DNA of 43,156 nt. Origin: Bacteroidota bacterium. GTDB lineage: Bacteria; Bacteroidota; Bacteroidia; Palsa-965. This document shows positions 1 through 9,846 of the stretch, in pieces; position 1 is the first letter of the stretch; each line of letters begins with the position of its first letter. The notes beneath the pieces are model-generated. The model was given only the letters and a program-made list of their open reading frames with translations. It ran no database searches and was not told where the DNA came from. Location: NCBI GenBank assembly GCA_046046005.1, contig JBJOKQ010000003.1:1-43156 (forward strand), written 5' to 3'. The position numbers and the translations under genes are program-made.

Positions 1-780
1 CAGGTTGCACAGCGTTTCGGTCGCAGCATTCTTGAGCTCGGAGGAAACAATGCTATCATCGTTTCAGAACACGCCGACTTGAGCATGGTTCTTGTAGGCG
101 CGGTATTCGGTGCCGTGGGAACAGCAGGACAGCGTTGTACCTCAACACGTCGTTTGATCGTTCACGAAAGTGTTTATGACAAAACGATCAGTGTACTTAA
201 GAATGCATACGGACAGTTGAAAATCGGAAATCCGCTTGATGCTGCGAATCACGTTGGTCCGCTGATCGACAAAGGTGCGGTGAATGATTATCTCAACGCA
301 ATTGAAAAAGCAAAGAAAGAAGGCGGCAAAGTTGTGGTTGAAGGCGGTGTTCTCGAAGGAGAAGGTTACGAAAGCGGATGCTACGTAAAGCCTTGCATCA
401 TTGAAGCGAAGAACGAATATCAAATCGTACAGGAAGAAACATTTGCGCCAATTCTTTACGTTCTGAAATACAAAACGATTGACGAAGCGATCGCAATGCA
501 GAATGGAGTACCGCAAGGTTTGTCATCTTCTATCTTCACCAACAGTATGCGTGAAATGGAACAGTTCCTTTCACACGAAGGTTCTGACTGCGGTATCGCA
601 AACGTGAACATCGGCACTTCAGGTGCGGAGATCGGTGGTGCATTTGGTGGTGAGAAAGAAACCGGAGGCGGTCGTGAATCAGGTTCTGATGCGTGGAAAG
701 TGTACATGCGTCGTCAGACAAACACAATCAACTATTCAACAAGCTTACCGTTGGCGCAGGGAATCAAGTTTGATTTTTAA
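1..780 (+). CDS. Aldehyde dehydrogenase, ALDH7/antiquitin-like (piperideine-6-carboxylate dehydrogenase family); 5' truncated by window edge
   Basis: Frame is open from base 1 ([18 protein letters not shown]). Catalytic motifs LELGG and [15 protein letters not shown], and the ALDH7-type C-terminus [21 protein letters not shown]...LPLAQGIKF. Confidence 0.93.
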   Translation, partial: QVAQRFGRSILELGGNNAIIVSEHADLSMVLVGAVFGAVGTAGQRCTSTRRLIVHESVYDKTISVLKNAYGQLKIGNPLDAANHVGPLIDKGAVNDYLNAIEKAKKEGGKVVVEGGVLEGEGYESGCYVKPCIIEAKNEYQIVQEETFAPILYVLKYKTIDEAIAMQNGVPQGLSSSIFTNSMREMEQFLSHEGSDCGIANVNIGTSGAEIGGAFGGEKETGGGRESGSDAWKVYMRRQTNTINYSTSLPLAQGIKFDF

Positions 781-788
781 AAATTAAC

Positions 789-812
789 CACGGAGACACG
801 GAGCCACAGAGA
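789..812. repeat. Degenerate octamer tandem repeat, 3 copies
   Basis: CACGGAGA CACGGAGC CACAGAGA read directly. Confidence 0.6.
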
Positions 813-830
813 AAATGTCTGTGGCTTTTG
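802..830 (+). terminator. Probable intrinsic terminator after the ALDH gene
   Basis: Stem AGCCACAGA (802-810) / TCTGTGGCT (818-826), followed by a short T run. Confidence 0.55.
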
Positions 831-856
831 TGTTTTATGCACATAGTTTAACTTTG
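827..856 (+). promoter_or_regulatory. Bacteroidota primary-sigma promoter (-33 TTTG, -7 TAACTTTG)
   Basis: TTTG at 827-830 and TAACTTTG at 849-856, 5 nt before the ATG at 862. Confidence 0.6.
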
Positions 857-861
857 GTCGA

Positions 862-2097
862 ATGAAATTATCCCGTTTGTTACTGATAGTTGCATTGTTT
901 GTCGCAACAGTGTTGAGTGCACAAAACGATCTGCTTCGTGCAGGGCAATGGCGTGGCATACTCACGCTGAACGACACAACAGAGTTGCCTTTCAGTTTTG
1001 AGATTCAGCAAACGACTTCAGGAATGCAACTTACTGTGATTAACGCAGCGGAGCGAATTGTAACAGAAGGTTTCCGTTTCACAGAAGATTCGGTTTGGTG
1101 GACGATGCCGGTATTCAATACCAAGTTCAAATGCAAGCGTGATAGCGAAACATACATTTCAGGTGAATGGCATAATACAGCAGCGGGGAAACCTTATGTC
1201 CTCAAGTTCTATGCAATGTATGGTAAGGAAAGATTCCCTGAAGATTTTGTTTGTGCCGGCAGCCACAACTTTGCAGGAAAGTGGGAATGTACTTTTTCAC
1301 CCGGAACAAAAAGCGAAAGCAAAGCTATCGGATTGTTCAATTATAAAGGCAACGGAAAGCACACGGGTACTTTCGCAACGGAGTTCGGCGATTACCGCTA
1401 TCTGGAAGGAGCGTATACAGGATGTAACACCATGACATTGTCCATCTTCGACGGACAGTTTGCGATGTTGTTCGTTGCACATCTGAACAACGACACAATA
1501 TCAGGTGAATATTGGTCAGGGAAGTATTATCACGAAAACTGGAAGGCAAAGCGCAATGACAAATTTGAATTGCGTAATCCGGATGAACTTGCGTGGGCAA
1601 AGGACTCGACGGATGTTGACTTTACTTTCAATGATCTCACAGGGAAACCTGTTTCGCTTTCTGATTACCGCGGGAAAGTAGTGATCGTGCAGATAATGGG
1701 AACATGGTGTCCGAATTGTTTGGATGAAACCGCATGGATGCAGGATGTGTATGGCAAGTATCATTCACAAGGATTGGAAATCATCGGACTCGCATACGAA
1801 CGTAAAGGAGATACTGCAACACAGAATGCAGCAATCAGAAGAATACGCGATCGTTATCATGTAACTTATCCGTTGCTGAACACCGGGAAGAGCGGTAAAG
1901 ATTCTGCTTCAGCAAGTTTACCTTTCATCAGCGGAATATTTTGTTTCCCGACATCGATTTACATTGATAAAAACGGAAATGTTCGTCGCATACACAGCGG
2001 GTACAACGGTCCCGCAACAGGCGTTTACTATCAGCGCGATTCAGAGGAAGCTTTACGTTTCATACAGCAGTTGCTTGCTGAAAAGCCCAAGCAATAA
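862..2097 (+). CDS. TlpA/ResA-family thiol-disulfide oxidoreductase with N-terminal extension, exported
   Basis: Signal peptide; C-terminal thioredoxin fold with SLSDYRGKVVIVQIMGTWCPNC (CxxC) and FPTSIYIDKNG. Confidence 0.85.
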   Translation: MKLSRLLLIVALFVATVLSAQNDLLRAGQWRGILTLNDTTELPFSFEIQQTTSGMQLTVINAAERIVTEGFRFTEDSVWWTMPVFNTKFKCKRDSETYISGEWHNTAAGKPYVLKFYAMYGKERFPEDFVCAGSHNFAGKWECTFSPGTKSESKAIGLFNYKGNGKHTGTFATEFGDYRYLEGAYTGCNTMTLSIFDGQFAMLFVAHLNNDTISGEYWSGKYYHENWKAKRNDKFELRNPDELAWAKDSTDVDFTFNDLTGKPVSLSDYRGKVVIVQIMGTWCPNCLDETAWMQDVYGKYHSQGLEIIGLAYERKGDTATQNAAIRRIRDRYHVTYPLLNTGKSGKDSASASLPFISGIFCFPTSIYIDKNGNVRRIHSGYNGPATGVYYQRDSEEALRFIQQLLAEKPKQ

Positions 2098-2864
2098 TGG
2101 CTTCAACAACGAGATATTTCCTGCAGCTTTCTTACAACGGGGCAACATTTTCCGGATGGCAATTTCAACCAGGTCTTCCAACAGTGCAAGGAGAATTGGA
2201 GCGCGCACTGAGTGCTTTGCTTCATGAAAAAATTACGGTAATGGGTTGCGGAAGAACAGATGCCGGAGTTCATGCCTTGTTATATTATGCACACATCGAT
2301 GCAACTGCACAAGGATTGGAAAACGATCAGCAGTTTCTGTTTCGTTTGAACAAAACATTGCACGAAGGAATTGCAGTACAAAGAGTTTTCACTGTAGCTG
2401 ACAATGTACATGCAAGATATTCGGCCAAGAGGAGAACGTATGAATATTTTATCTGCAGGAGTAAAAATCCTTTTCAGAAAGATCAACGTTGGTTGTTGCA
2501 TGAAGATATCGACATCGGAAAGCTGAATGCGGCTGCTTCAATTATATCACAACAAAGTGAATTTATTTCATTCAGTAAATCGGGCAACGACTCGATGACA
2601 ACACTTTGTACAATTCAAGAATCAGCGTGGAGAGTTCAGGATGATGTTCTGATTTACAGAATCTCAGCGAATCGTTTTTTGCGTTGTATGGTAAGAATGC
2701 TTGTCGGCACAATGGTGGAACACTCGAAGGGCAGAATATCCGCAGAACAATTTCAGAACATTTTTCTTGCAAAGAAGCAGCCCGATGTGGTGTATATCGC
2801 TCCGGCAAACGGATTGTTCCTGATAGACATCGAATATCCTGAGGGAATTGTGCAGGAAAACTGA
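2097..2864 (+). CDS. truA: tRNA pseudouridine(38-40) synthase
   Basis: YNGATFSGWQ, catalytic GRTDAGVHA, HARYSA, NRFLRCMVR, APANGLFL. Confidence 0.96.
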   Translation: MASTTRYFLQLSYNGATFSGWQFQPGLPTVQGELERALSALLHEKITVMGCGRTDAGVHALLYYAHIDATAQGLENDQQFLFRLNKTLHEGIAVQRVFTVADNVHARYSAKRRTYEYFICRSKNPFQKDQRWLLHEDIDIGKLNAAASIISQQSEFISFSKSGNDSMTTLCTIQESAWRVQDDVLIYRISANRFLRCMVRMLVGTMVEHSKGRISAEQFQNIFLAKKQPDVVYIAPANGLFLIDIEYPEGIVQEN

Positions 2865-3063
2865 TCCGGCTTCAAAGTATTTATCGCAAAAATTGCGTGC
2901 AGCTTCATTCTGATTTTGCAGCATTTGCATTTAATGCAACCCCCGTTCGTTTAGATTTCATGGCAGTATTCTTTTTGCAAATTTTGCAACGATGCTTAAT
3001 TCCATCGCAAAATCCAGTTTCGATGCAGCTCCTAACAGTGCGAAGTTTGTGAAAACAAAAGTT

Positions 3064-3747
3064 ATGAAAGCACTGAAAGTTCTTGCTGCAATATTATTCT
3101 CTGTTTCATTACTCGCACAGACAGATGTTAATCCGGCTCCGGAGTTTATTCGCCCTCAGCGTACATTAGCATGGGCTCCGCTGGCAATGGCGGATATGAC
3201 AGGCGGCGCAGGATTACGTTTATCATCTGAATATCGATTGAATGGAATCTGGAACGGTATGTCCGAAGCAACTGTTTACTTACCGTACAACAACTTTTAC
3301 AGGAGTACTTCCGGAGTTCGCGTTCGTCAGGATTTCAGAAAGTACAATCCGGGCAAAAATTATTTTTACGGTGTTTCGTTCATGTTCAAATATCAGCAGA
3401 TTGATCATATTGCGATTGTGCCAATCAGCGATTCCACGCGATACAGGAAAAATTATTCATTGATCAAGAATATTATTTGTCCGGCATTTGTAATTGGAAC
3501 ACATACTTACATGGGAGAAACCGAAGGATGGTACATTGAAACATCTGCGTATCTCGGTTTACGTTTTAAAGACGCGCACATGGAAGGATTGACCGGATCG
3601 GAAGCGGGATCAATGTGGCCGTATGATTTAGAGGCCACTGACTTTGCGTTGAGAATGGCTCTTCAGGACGGGATTTATGTTCATCCTGAAATTTCAGGTA
3701 CAATTAAAATCGGGTTTGATTTCGGGAGCAAAAGCAAAAGAAGCTGA
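3064..3747 (+). CDS. Hypothetical exported protein, probable outer-membrane beta-barrel (DUF3575-like)
   Basis: Start moved to ATG 3064, which gives a signal peptide (MKALKVLAAILFSVSLLAQ) after an A-rich leader. Aromatic/Gly-rich amphipathic strands and a near-terminal IKIGFDF. Confidence 0.6.
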   Translation: MKALKVLAAILFSVSLLAQTDVNPAPEFIRPQRTLAWAPLAMADMTGGAGLRLSSEYRLNGIWNGMSEATVYLPYNNFYRSTSGVRVRQDFRKYNPGKNYFYGVSFMFKYQQIDHIAIVPISDSTRYRKNYSLIKNIICPAFVIGTHTYMGETEGWYIETSAYLGLRFKDAHMEGLTGSEAGSMWPYDLEATDFALRMALQDGIYVHPEISGTIKIGFDFGSKSKRS

Positions 3748-3906
3748 TTGAACTCAACTGCTTCCATGGAGAAATACATAATCCTCCATGACAGTTAACA
3801 TACATTTTGATTTCTTGTGTCACATTCATCGATCAAATTCACTTAAACATCTCAATTTGCGTCTGCGCTCAGCAGGGAGTAAATTTGATTAACAAAATCC
3901 GCCGTC

Positions 3907-4647
3907 ATGACATTCTATATTATCGGAATCGGACTTTTATTAATAATTCTAGAACGTATAATTCCGGATCAGAAGTTGCCGCATGTAAAAGGTTGGTGGC
4001 TTCGGGTTGTAGTTCTCAATATTTTCCAAATCGGAGTTCTGTTTCTGGGAAAGGCAACGTGGGACAACTGGTTTGTCGGCGCATCTGTATTTGATACATC
4101 GGCTTATTTTTCGGAACCTATTGGCGGATTTCTGGGATATATCGCTGTAACTTTCTTTTACTATTGGTGGCATCGCTGGAGACATACTGTCAATTTTCTT
4201 TGGCTAACGATGCATCAGGTTCATCATAGCCCTCAACGTATCGAGACTATTACGTCTTTCTACAAGCATCCACTGGAGATTATTTGTAATTCAATAATAA
4301 TCGGCGCAATAAATTTTCTGATACTGGGATTGTCTCTTGAGGCAGCATCGTGGAGTTTATTGTATGCGGCACTGGGCGAATATTTTTATCATATGAACAT
4401 CCGCACGCCGCATTGGGTTGGATACTTTTTTCAAAGGCCGGAAATGCATCGCATCCATCATGAGCGCGGAAAGCATTACTACAACTTTTCTGATCTTCCG
4501 GTATGGGATATGTTATTCGGAACATATAAGAATCCTCGAGACGAGCGCACTGTTTGCGGATTTAAGCCGGAGCGCGAACGAAGATTATTTGATATGTTGC
4601 TTTTTCGAAATGTGAATAAACCGTTTTCAGGCAAGAATAGGAAATGA
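3907..4647 (+). CDS. Sterol desaturase / fatty acid hydroxylase family membrane di-iron enzyme
   Basis: His boxes YWWHRWRH, HQVHH, YFYHMN and HRIHH; WDMLFGTY; several hydrophobic segments. Confidence 0.9.
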   Translation: MTFYIIGIGLLLIILERIIPDQKLPHVKGWWLRVVVLNIFQIGVLFLGKATWDNWFVGASVFDTSAYFSEPIGGFLGYIAVTFFYYWWHRWRHTVNFLWLTMHQVHHSPQRIETITSFYKHPLEIICNSIIIGAINFLILGLSLEAASWSLLYAALGEYFYHMNIRTPHWVGYFFQRPEMHRIHHERGKHYYNFSDLPVWDMLFGTYKNPRDERTVCGFKPERERRLFDMLLFRNVNKPFSGKNRK

Positions 4648-5108
4648 GAAAGGCGGCATACTTTTTAATTGTTGTCATCGGCTTATTGCAAATAGCGGGT
4701 TACTGTTTCAGATCTCCGTCTATTCGAGGTTTGGGACAAGCGCTATCATCTTCTCCGTTACCGATTGTTTTCACAGAGGTGAAGGGAGTGGAAACTTTCG
4801 CTGCCGACTTCTTCATTGGTTTTACAGATTCGACCGGTGCGTATAAAGAAGTGGTTATAACTCCGGAAATGTATAGTAAGTTGAAGGGTCCTTACAACAG
4901 GAGAAATGTTTACGGAGCTGCTATTTCATATGGTCCTGTTTTGCCGGAGAAGATTTGGAAGTCTGTACTGAATTACGGTGTGTGTAATAAAACATTGCTA
5001 ACGGAACTCGGCGTTCCGCATAATGGAACGAACTATGTAGTTCGAATTAAATCGAGAACGGAAGGAAGAATCGGTCAGACATGGGAACTTCATACAAATT
5101 GCCAATGA
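4644..5108 (+). CDS. Hypothetical protein with N-terminal membrane anchor or signal
   Basis: ATGA overlaps with both neighbours (4644-4647 and 5105-5108); hydrophobic N-terminus; no family recognised. Confidence 0.75.
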   Translation: MRKAAYFLIVVIGLLQIAGYCFRSPSIRGLGQALSSSPLPIVFTEVKGVETFAADFFIGFTDSTGAYKEVVITPEMYSKLKGPYNRRNVYGAAISYGPVLPEKIWKSVLNYGVCNKTLLTELGVPHNGTNYVVRIKSRTEGRIGQTWELHTNCQ

Positions 5109-5971
5109 TCGCACCGATATCAGCCAAACACTTTGCAGTGTTTCGTATAATACTGGGCGTGTACTTGATCCAGCATTTTGCTTTTTTAATTCCCTATGCG
5201 CAGGAAATCTGGAGTAATACCGGTGTGTTTCCTTCGCCGAGTTTAAATTTCACTCACGGTGTGTTCCCGAATGTTCTTAACTACTGTGATAGCACGGAAT
5301 TTATCATTGCGTTCCTGATTGCATTGCTTCTTTTCTCCGTTCTGTTTACGTTAGGTTTTTACAGGCGATTGGCAGCACTCTTTATTTGGTATGGGTGGGT
5401 GTGCTTGTTTGACAGAAACAATTTAATCAGTAATCCTGGTATTCCTTTTGTTGGCTGGTTGTTGTTGTGTTGCACTATGATTCCGGGCGGAGAATGTTAT
5501 TCTTTAAAACCTAAAGCGAAATCGGATTGGGAGTTTCCGAGAGTTCTCTGGATCGGGGCATGGATTGTCATGAGCTTGTCCTATACAATCAGCGGTATTG
5601 ATAAGTTGCAATCGCCGAGTTGGCTTAACGGCTCTGCAATTTTACACTTGGTTAATAATCCTCTTGCAAGAGACTGGTGGCTGCGTGAAATAGTTGCTGA
5701 ATTGCCGGTTTGGATTATTAAACTAATGACATATTCAATCTTAACCATTGAAGTGCTTTTTGCTCCTTTTGCTCTATTGCGTATAACCAGAAAATGGATT
5801 TGGTTGGCTGCAGTTTTAATGCACGTTGGTATTTTACTTTTGGTTGACTTTGCAGATTTGACCGCGGGAATGCTAATGATTCACATTATAACGTTTGATG
5901 TGAACTGGTTTCCGCGGGTCCATCAATTCATTCGTGATCGATTTATGAATCGTTTTTCTCTATTCCGCTGA
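5105..5971 (+). CDS. HTTM-domain membrane protein (SdpB / vitamin K-dependent carboxylase-like membrane domain)
   Basis: Start moved to ATG 5105 (ATGA overlap). FRIILG, LFTLGFYRR, YTISGIDKL...W.NG.A and MHVGI segments in a polytopic membrane protein. Confidence 0.75.
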   Translation: MIAPISAKHFAVFRIILGVYLIQHFAFLIPYAQEIWSNTGVFPSPSLNFTHGVFPNVLNYCDSTEFIIAFLIALLLFSVLFTLGFYRRLAALFIWYGWVCLFDRNNLISNPGIPFVGWLLLCCTMIPGGECYSLKPKAKSDWEFPRVLWIGAWIVMSLSYTISGIDKLQSPSWLNGSAILHLVNNPLARDWWLREIVAELPVWIIKLMTYSILTIEVLFAPFALLRITRKWIWLAAVLMHVGILLLVDFADLTAGMLMIHIITFDVNWFPRVHQFIRDRFMNRFSLFR

Positions 5972-6034
5972 CAGAATACCTTCCTGTTTTAATTCAGAAT
6001 CTTAAGTTGCCGATTCAATTTTGTTTTGTAAAAT

Positions 6035-6069
6035 AAATTTTCAGAGGCACTTGCGGCCCCTGAAAATTT
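6035..6069. terminator. Terminator-like hairpin between convergent genes
   Basis: AAATTTTCAGAGGC / GCCCCTGAAAATTT; the one mismatch is a G-U pair on the minus strand. Confidence 0.65.
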
Positions 6070-6080
6070 GATCATTAATG

Positions 6081-9000
6081 TTATTTCAGCAGCGAAACAT
6101 GTCCGTTGTACTTGTGTGTTCGTCCCTCAAAGTCTTTCAGAATTACTTTGTAAACGTAAACATCCTGTTGCGCAATAGCTGATCCGTCATTGGCGCGTCC
6201 GTCCCAACCTTCTCTGAGATCATCACTTTCATATATCTTATTTCCCCAGCGATCGAAGATCATCATTTCAAATGTGGTGATCTCTTCACCGTAAACATAG
6301 AATACATCGTTTGTGCCGTCGGCATTCGGGGTGAATGCATTCGGAATGAAAACTGTGAATTCAGGAATGATTTCCAGAGGCTGAACCAAAGTGTCAGTGC
6401 ATCCACCGGTAGCAACAGCCACCAGCTTTACATTGAATGTTCCTTCGCGCTGATAAGTATGAACAGGAGATGCGACCGTTGACGTAGTTGAGTCGCCGAA
6501 ATCCCAGAACCAGCCGATCGTGTTTGTACTGGATTCGTCTTCGAACATAATCGTCGGCTCAATCATGGATACTTCGGTTCGCGACATTGAAAAATTAGCT
6601 ACAGGAGAATCGTAAACAATAACGCTGACAAGCGTATTCGATGTTCCGACACATCCCGCCGGACTTGTTGCTGTGATACTCAGCGTGTAGGTTCCTGATG
6701 AGGTGTAACTGTGTTGCGGACTGTTACCCGTTCCTGTGGAATTATCGCCGAAATCCCAGAAGTAAAAACAGTTCTGGTTCGCGAAAGTTGTATCCTGGAA
6801 CACCAATGATACCTCATCACATCCGCTCGCATTCTGGGAAGGAACATTGACAAGCGGAAGAGGATTAACAGTAATCGTTGTAACAGCCGGCACAACAACA
6901 CCGCAGATATTGGAAACGTTTACGGAGTAAGTTGTTGTAACTGCAGGATAAACTGTGTGCGGGCCGGAGCCAAATAAATTGTTGTTCCAATTCCACGTTA
7001 GCGGACCTGTGTTACCATTCACCAGAGTTGTAATTACTGCACTTGCTCCTGCACAGATTGCGGGAGTGGAAACGATTTGCAGATTGGCAGGCGAGAACTG
7101 ATACACATCTGCGGTTATCGTCGACGGCATACTTGAGCAACCGTTCGCATCAATGGCTGTAACGGTCCAGGTTGTTTGTGTGGATGCATATACTGTATAC
7201 GCATTACCGTTACCAATATTCGGTGACCAATTGTATGTGAAGTTGCCATTACCTCCGCTGCCAATTGCAGTAATATAGAATGGCGAGTTAGGACATATGG
7301 TATCGCTTGGTGAAACTATAACTGATACCGGTGACGGCTGAGTGATTGTAACTGTACTGATCGTTGCACAACCATTTGCATCGGTTACTGTTACGGTGAA
7401 TGTTCCTGCGATCATGTTCGTTGCAACGGGTGTGCTTTGCGCAGGAGCGGTGTTCCAATTGTAAGTATACGGCGCTGTTCCTCCCGAGGCTTGCACTGTT
7501 GCAGACCCATTGTTTCCGGCGTTGCATGACACCGAATTTACAGCGCCGATTAGTGCATTAAGAGCAGGAGGTTCTGTTATTACAGCGTTGATGGCGGATG
7601 TACATCCATTAGCATCTGTAACAGTTGCTGTATAATTTCCCGCCTGCAGATTCAATATGGTATTACCGAATTGAATTGGGACAGTATTCCAACTGAAATT
7701 GTAGTTTCCTGTTCCTCCGCTCGCATTCACACTTGCAGATCCGTTGGAGCCGCCATAACATGTAACGTCTGCAGTTGCAATGTTCGCTGTAATAGGCAGT
7801 GGTTCGGTGACGGTAACCGATTGCAGAGAAGTACAGCCATTCGCATCAGAAACAACAACGTTGTAGTTTCCGGAGTTCAATCCGGATGCATTTGCTGATG
7901 CCTGTGCAGGTGTGGAATTCCAGCTGTAACTGTATGGTGCGGTTCCGCCTGTTGCCATAGCGTTTACTTGTCCATCGTTGCCATTAGCGCACGAAACGTT
8001 ATTCACAAGTAGCGCGTTAACACTCAAAGGTGATGAAGGTTGTGTAATTGTATACGTAGCTGTATTTGTGCACCCGCTGGCAGTAGTTACTGTTACGCTG
8101 TATACACCTGCTGATGCGTTCAGCAAATCCTGGTTCGTAGTATTATTCGACCATGCATAAGTATAAGGTTGCTGACCTCCGTTAACATTCAGGTAAATAT
8201 TCTGTGTACCGCCGAAGCAATTGATGTTTGAGTATGTTGCGTTGATGTTTGAATTCGCAGGACCTGAAGGAACAACAGCCACCGCAGACATTACGCATCC
8301 TGCGGCATCCGTTACGTACACTGTATAAGTTCCTGCGGTTAACCCGTTGGCATTTGCGTTGTTCCCTCCGCTTGGTTGCCAGTTGAAACTATACGGACCG
8401 GTCCCTCCGGTTGCTAGTGCACTCGCGGTACCATTGGATGCGCCGCAATTGGTGGCTGTTGTTGTCACACCTACACTGAATCCTGAAACTGTAATGCAGA
8501 AAGCGAACGTTTGTGATCCGGAATACGGACAAGCATCATCGCTTACGGTTACTGTGAAGCAATATGGAATTGTACTGATGTCAGCTGTTGTTGGTGACCA
8601 GTTGAAAACTCCTGTTGGAAGCGGAGTGCCGGTTACCGTAAATGATGCAGCGGGTATTCCGTTATTCCATGACATTGTTACGACTTGTCCCGCGTCTGCA
8701 TCGAATGCATTTACGTTAAACGTGAACGGCGATCCGGCGCAAATCGTTGCGCTGTACACATTCGTGTTGTTAATTCCTGCTGTATACGGAAGTTGGTTAT
8801 TGCACATCACTGTGCGAACCTGAATATCGCGAACAACTGTACCGATGAGAACGCCGTTTCGCCATTCTTCAACACGAACCGACATAACCGCAACAATAAT
8901 CTGACTTGGCGTCATGCAGATATCTCCTGTAACAGGATTCAATGTCATTGCGGGAGATGAAGGAATGGGTTGTGTAGTAGAGTAGGGAGCAATGAATGTT

Positions 9001-9644
9001 ACAGGTTGCGCGGGTCCGCTCATTGGATTCACGAGTGAATACGCAAGTGAATCGCCGTCAGGATCTAAAGCGCCGTGATTGAAGCAATACGTTTGTCCTG
9101 CACAAACAAACGGTACAGGATCGTTGGAGAAAGCAGGAGAATTATTGCACGGTGCAGCAACGTTGTTGAGCGTTGTTTCTATGTAGATGTTTTGTCCGCC
9201 GGGATTTACTATCGTATTAATTGCAGCATTGCGACAACACAGATTGAAACTGAAAACCCAATCTGTACAGGCTGCTGGCAGATTGATGATGCCTTCATAA
9301 ATCCATTCCTGCACGCCCGGATTGTTACCTCCGTTGCAAACCGTTTGCATTTGCGGACAGATCGGTGTTACGTCAATTCCTGTTCCCGGAATAGGATATA
9401 GCGTAGTGTTGAAATTCTGATTGCAGGTTGCTGATGACGTGTTGATCACTACTGATCCGGGAGCCGCGGATCCGGAACAATCCCGATAAAATGAAAGGCG
9501 CAGCAGATATTGATTTCCGCCAAGGCAGGTGTATGTGAGATCTCCGCCCTGTGCATGTGAAGCGTAAGCTTCTCCCGATAATTGAATGAATAACACTATA
9601 AGCAGTAGCCGTAATTTCCAGATAATCGTGTAAGCGTTTTTCAT
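6081..9644 (-). CDS. Large T9SS-secreted adhesin-like protein: Cys-rich N-domain, SprB-type repeats, two PKD domains, type B (CHU_C / gliding-associated) C-terminal domain
   Basis: Signal peptide; five repeats of the form C.G...G.A...A.GGT.PY.Y.W...G.Y.V.V.DANGC; two FWDFGD PKD motifs; C-terminal IPNAFTPNADGTNDVF...IFDRWG...GWDG...DVYVY...GHVSLLK. Confidence 0.9.
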   Translation of the reverse strand: MKNAYTIIWKLRLLLIVLFIQLSGEAYASHAQGGDLTYTCLGGNQYLLRLSFYRDCSGSAAPGSVVINTSSATCNQNFNTTLYPIPGTGIDVTPICPQMQTVCNGGNNPGVQEWIYEGIINLPAACTDWVFSFNLCCRNAAINTIVNPGGQNIYIETTLNNVAAPCNNSPAFSNDPVPFVCAGQTYCFNHGALDPDGDSLAYSLVNPMSGPAQPVTFIAPYSTTQPIPSSPAMTLNPVTGDICMTPSQIIVAVMSVRVEEWRNGVLIGTVVRDIQVRTVMCNNQLPYTAGINNTNVYSATICAGSPFTFNVNAFDADAGQVVTMSWNNGIPAASFTVTGTPLPTGVFNWSPTTADISTIPYCFTVTVSDDACPYSGSQTFAFCITVSGFSVGVTTTATNCGASNGTASALATGGTGPYSFNWQPSGGNNANANGLTAGTYTVYVTDAAGCVMSAVAVVPSGPANSNINATYSNINCFGGTQNIYLNVNGGQQPYTYAWSNNTTNQDLLNASAGVYSVTVTTASGCTNTATYTITQPSSPLSVNALLVNNVSCANGNDGQVNAMATGGTAPYSYSWNSTPAQASANASGLNSGNYNVVVSDANGCTSLQSVTVTEPLPITANIATADVTCYGGSNGSASVNASGGTGNYNFSWNTVPIQFGNTILNLQAGNYTATVTDANGCTSAINAVITEPPALNALIGAVNSVSCNAGNNGSATVQASGGTAPYTYNWNTAPAQSTPVATNMIAGTFTVTVTDANGCATISTVTITQPSPVSVIVSPSDTICPNSPFYITAIGSGGNGNFTYNWSPNIGNGNAYTVYASTQTTWTVTAIDANGCSSMPSTITADVYQFSPANLQIVSTPAICAGASAVITTLVNGNTGPLTWNWNNNLFGSGPHTVYPAVTTTYSVNVSNICGVVVPAVTTITVNPLPLVNVPSQNASGCDEVSLVFQDTTFANQNCFYFWDFGDNSTGTGNSPQHSYTSSGTYTLSITATSPAGCVGTSNTLVSVIVYDSPVANFSMSRTEVSMIEPTIMFEDESSTNTIGWFWDFGDSTTSTVASPVHTYQREGTFNVKLVAVATGGCTDTLVQPLEIIPEFTVFIPNAFTPNADGTNDVFYVYGEEITTFEMMIFDRWGNKIYESDDLREGWDGRANDGSAIAQQDVYVYKVILKDFEGRTHKYNGHVSLLK

Positions 9645-9815
9645 AGGGACCTCTCTTTTCTGGTTTAGTGTGTGTGTGATTCAAGGAACTGGTATTTTGA
9701 ACGGCACAAGTTCCGTGTGGTTACATCAATTCATTCGTTCAAAGCTGTTGATAAATTATTATGCATGCATAGTAAATGCCTAACACCCTGAAAATGTGAA
9801 GCCGGGGGAGAGTAT

Positions 9816-9846
9816 AAAAAAAGGTTTCACGTTTTCACGGAAACCT
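9816..9846 (-). terminator. Terminator-like hairpin about 170 nt upstream of the adhesin start codon
   Basis: AGGTTTC (9822-9828) / GAAACCT (9840-9846) with an inner CGT/ACG pair and a GAAA loop on the minus strand, followed by a T run. Confidence 0.5.

Noticed and set aside
2865-3063. Cluster of TTTGCA/TGCA words and repeated ATCGCAAAA in an AT-rich spacer
   Set aside because: Spacing is irregular. It could hold regulator sites, but I cannot define a motif distinguishable from chance.
8347-8823. 158-aa plus-strand ORF and the many other 60-190 aa ORFs nested in or antisense to long genes
   Set aside because: Shadow frames of well-supported CDSs, with no independent motifs or expression signals.
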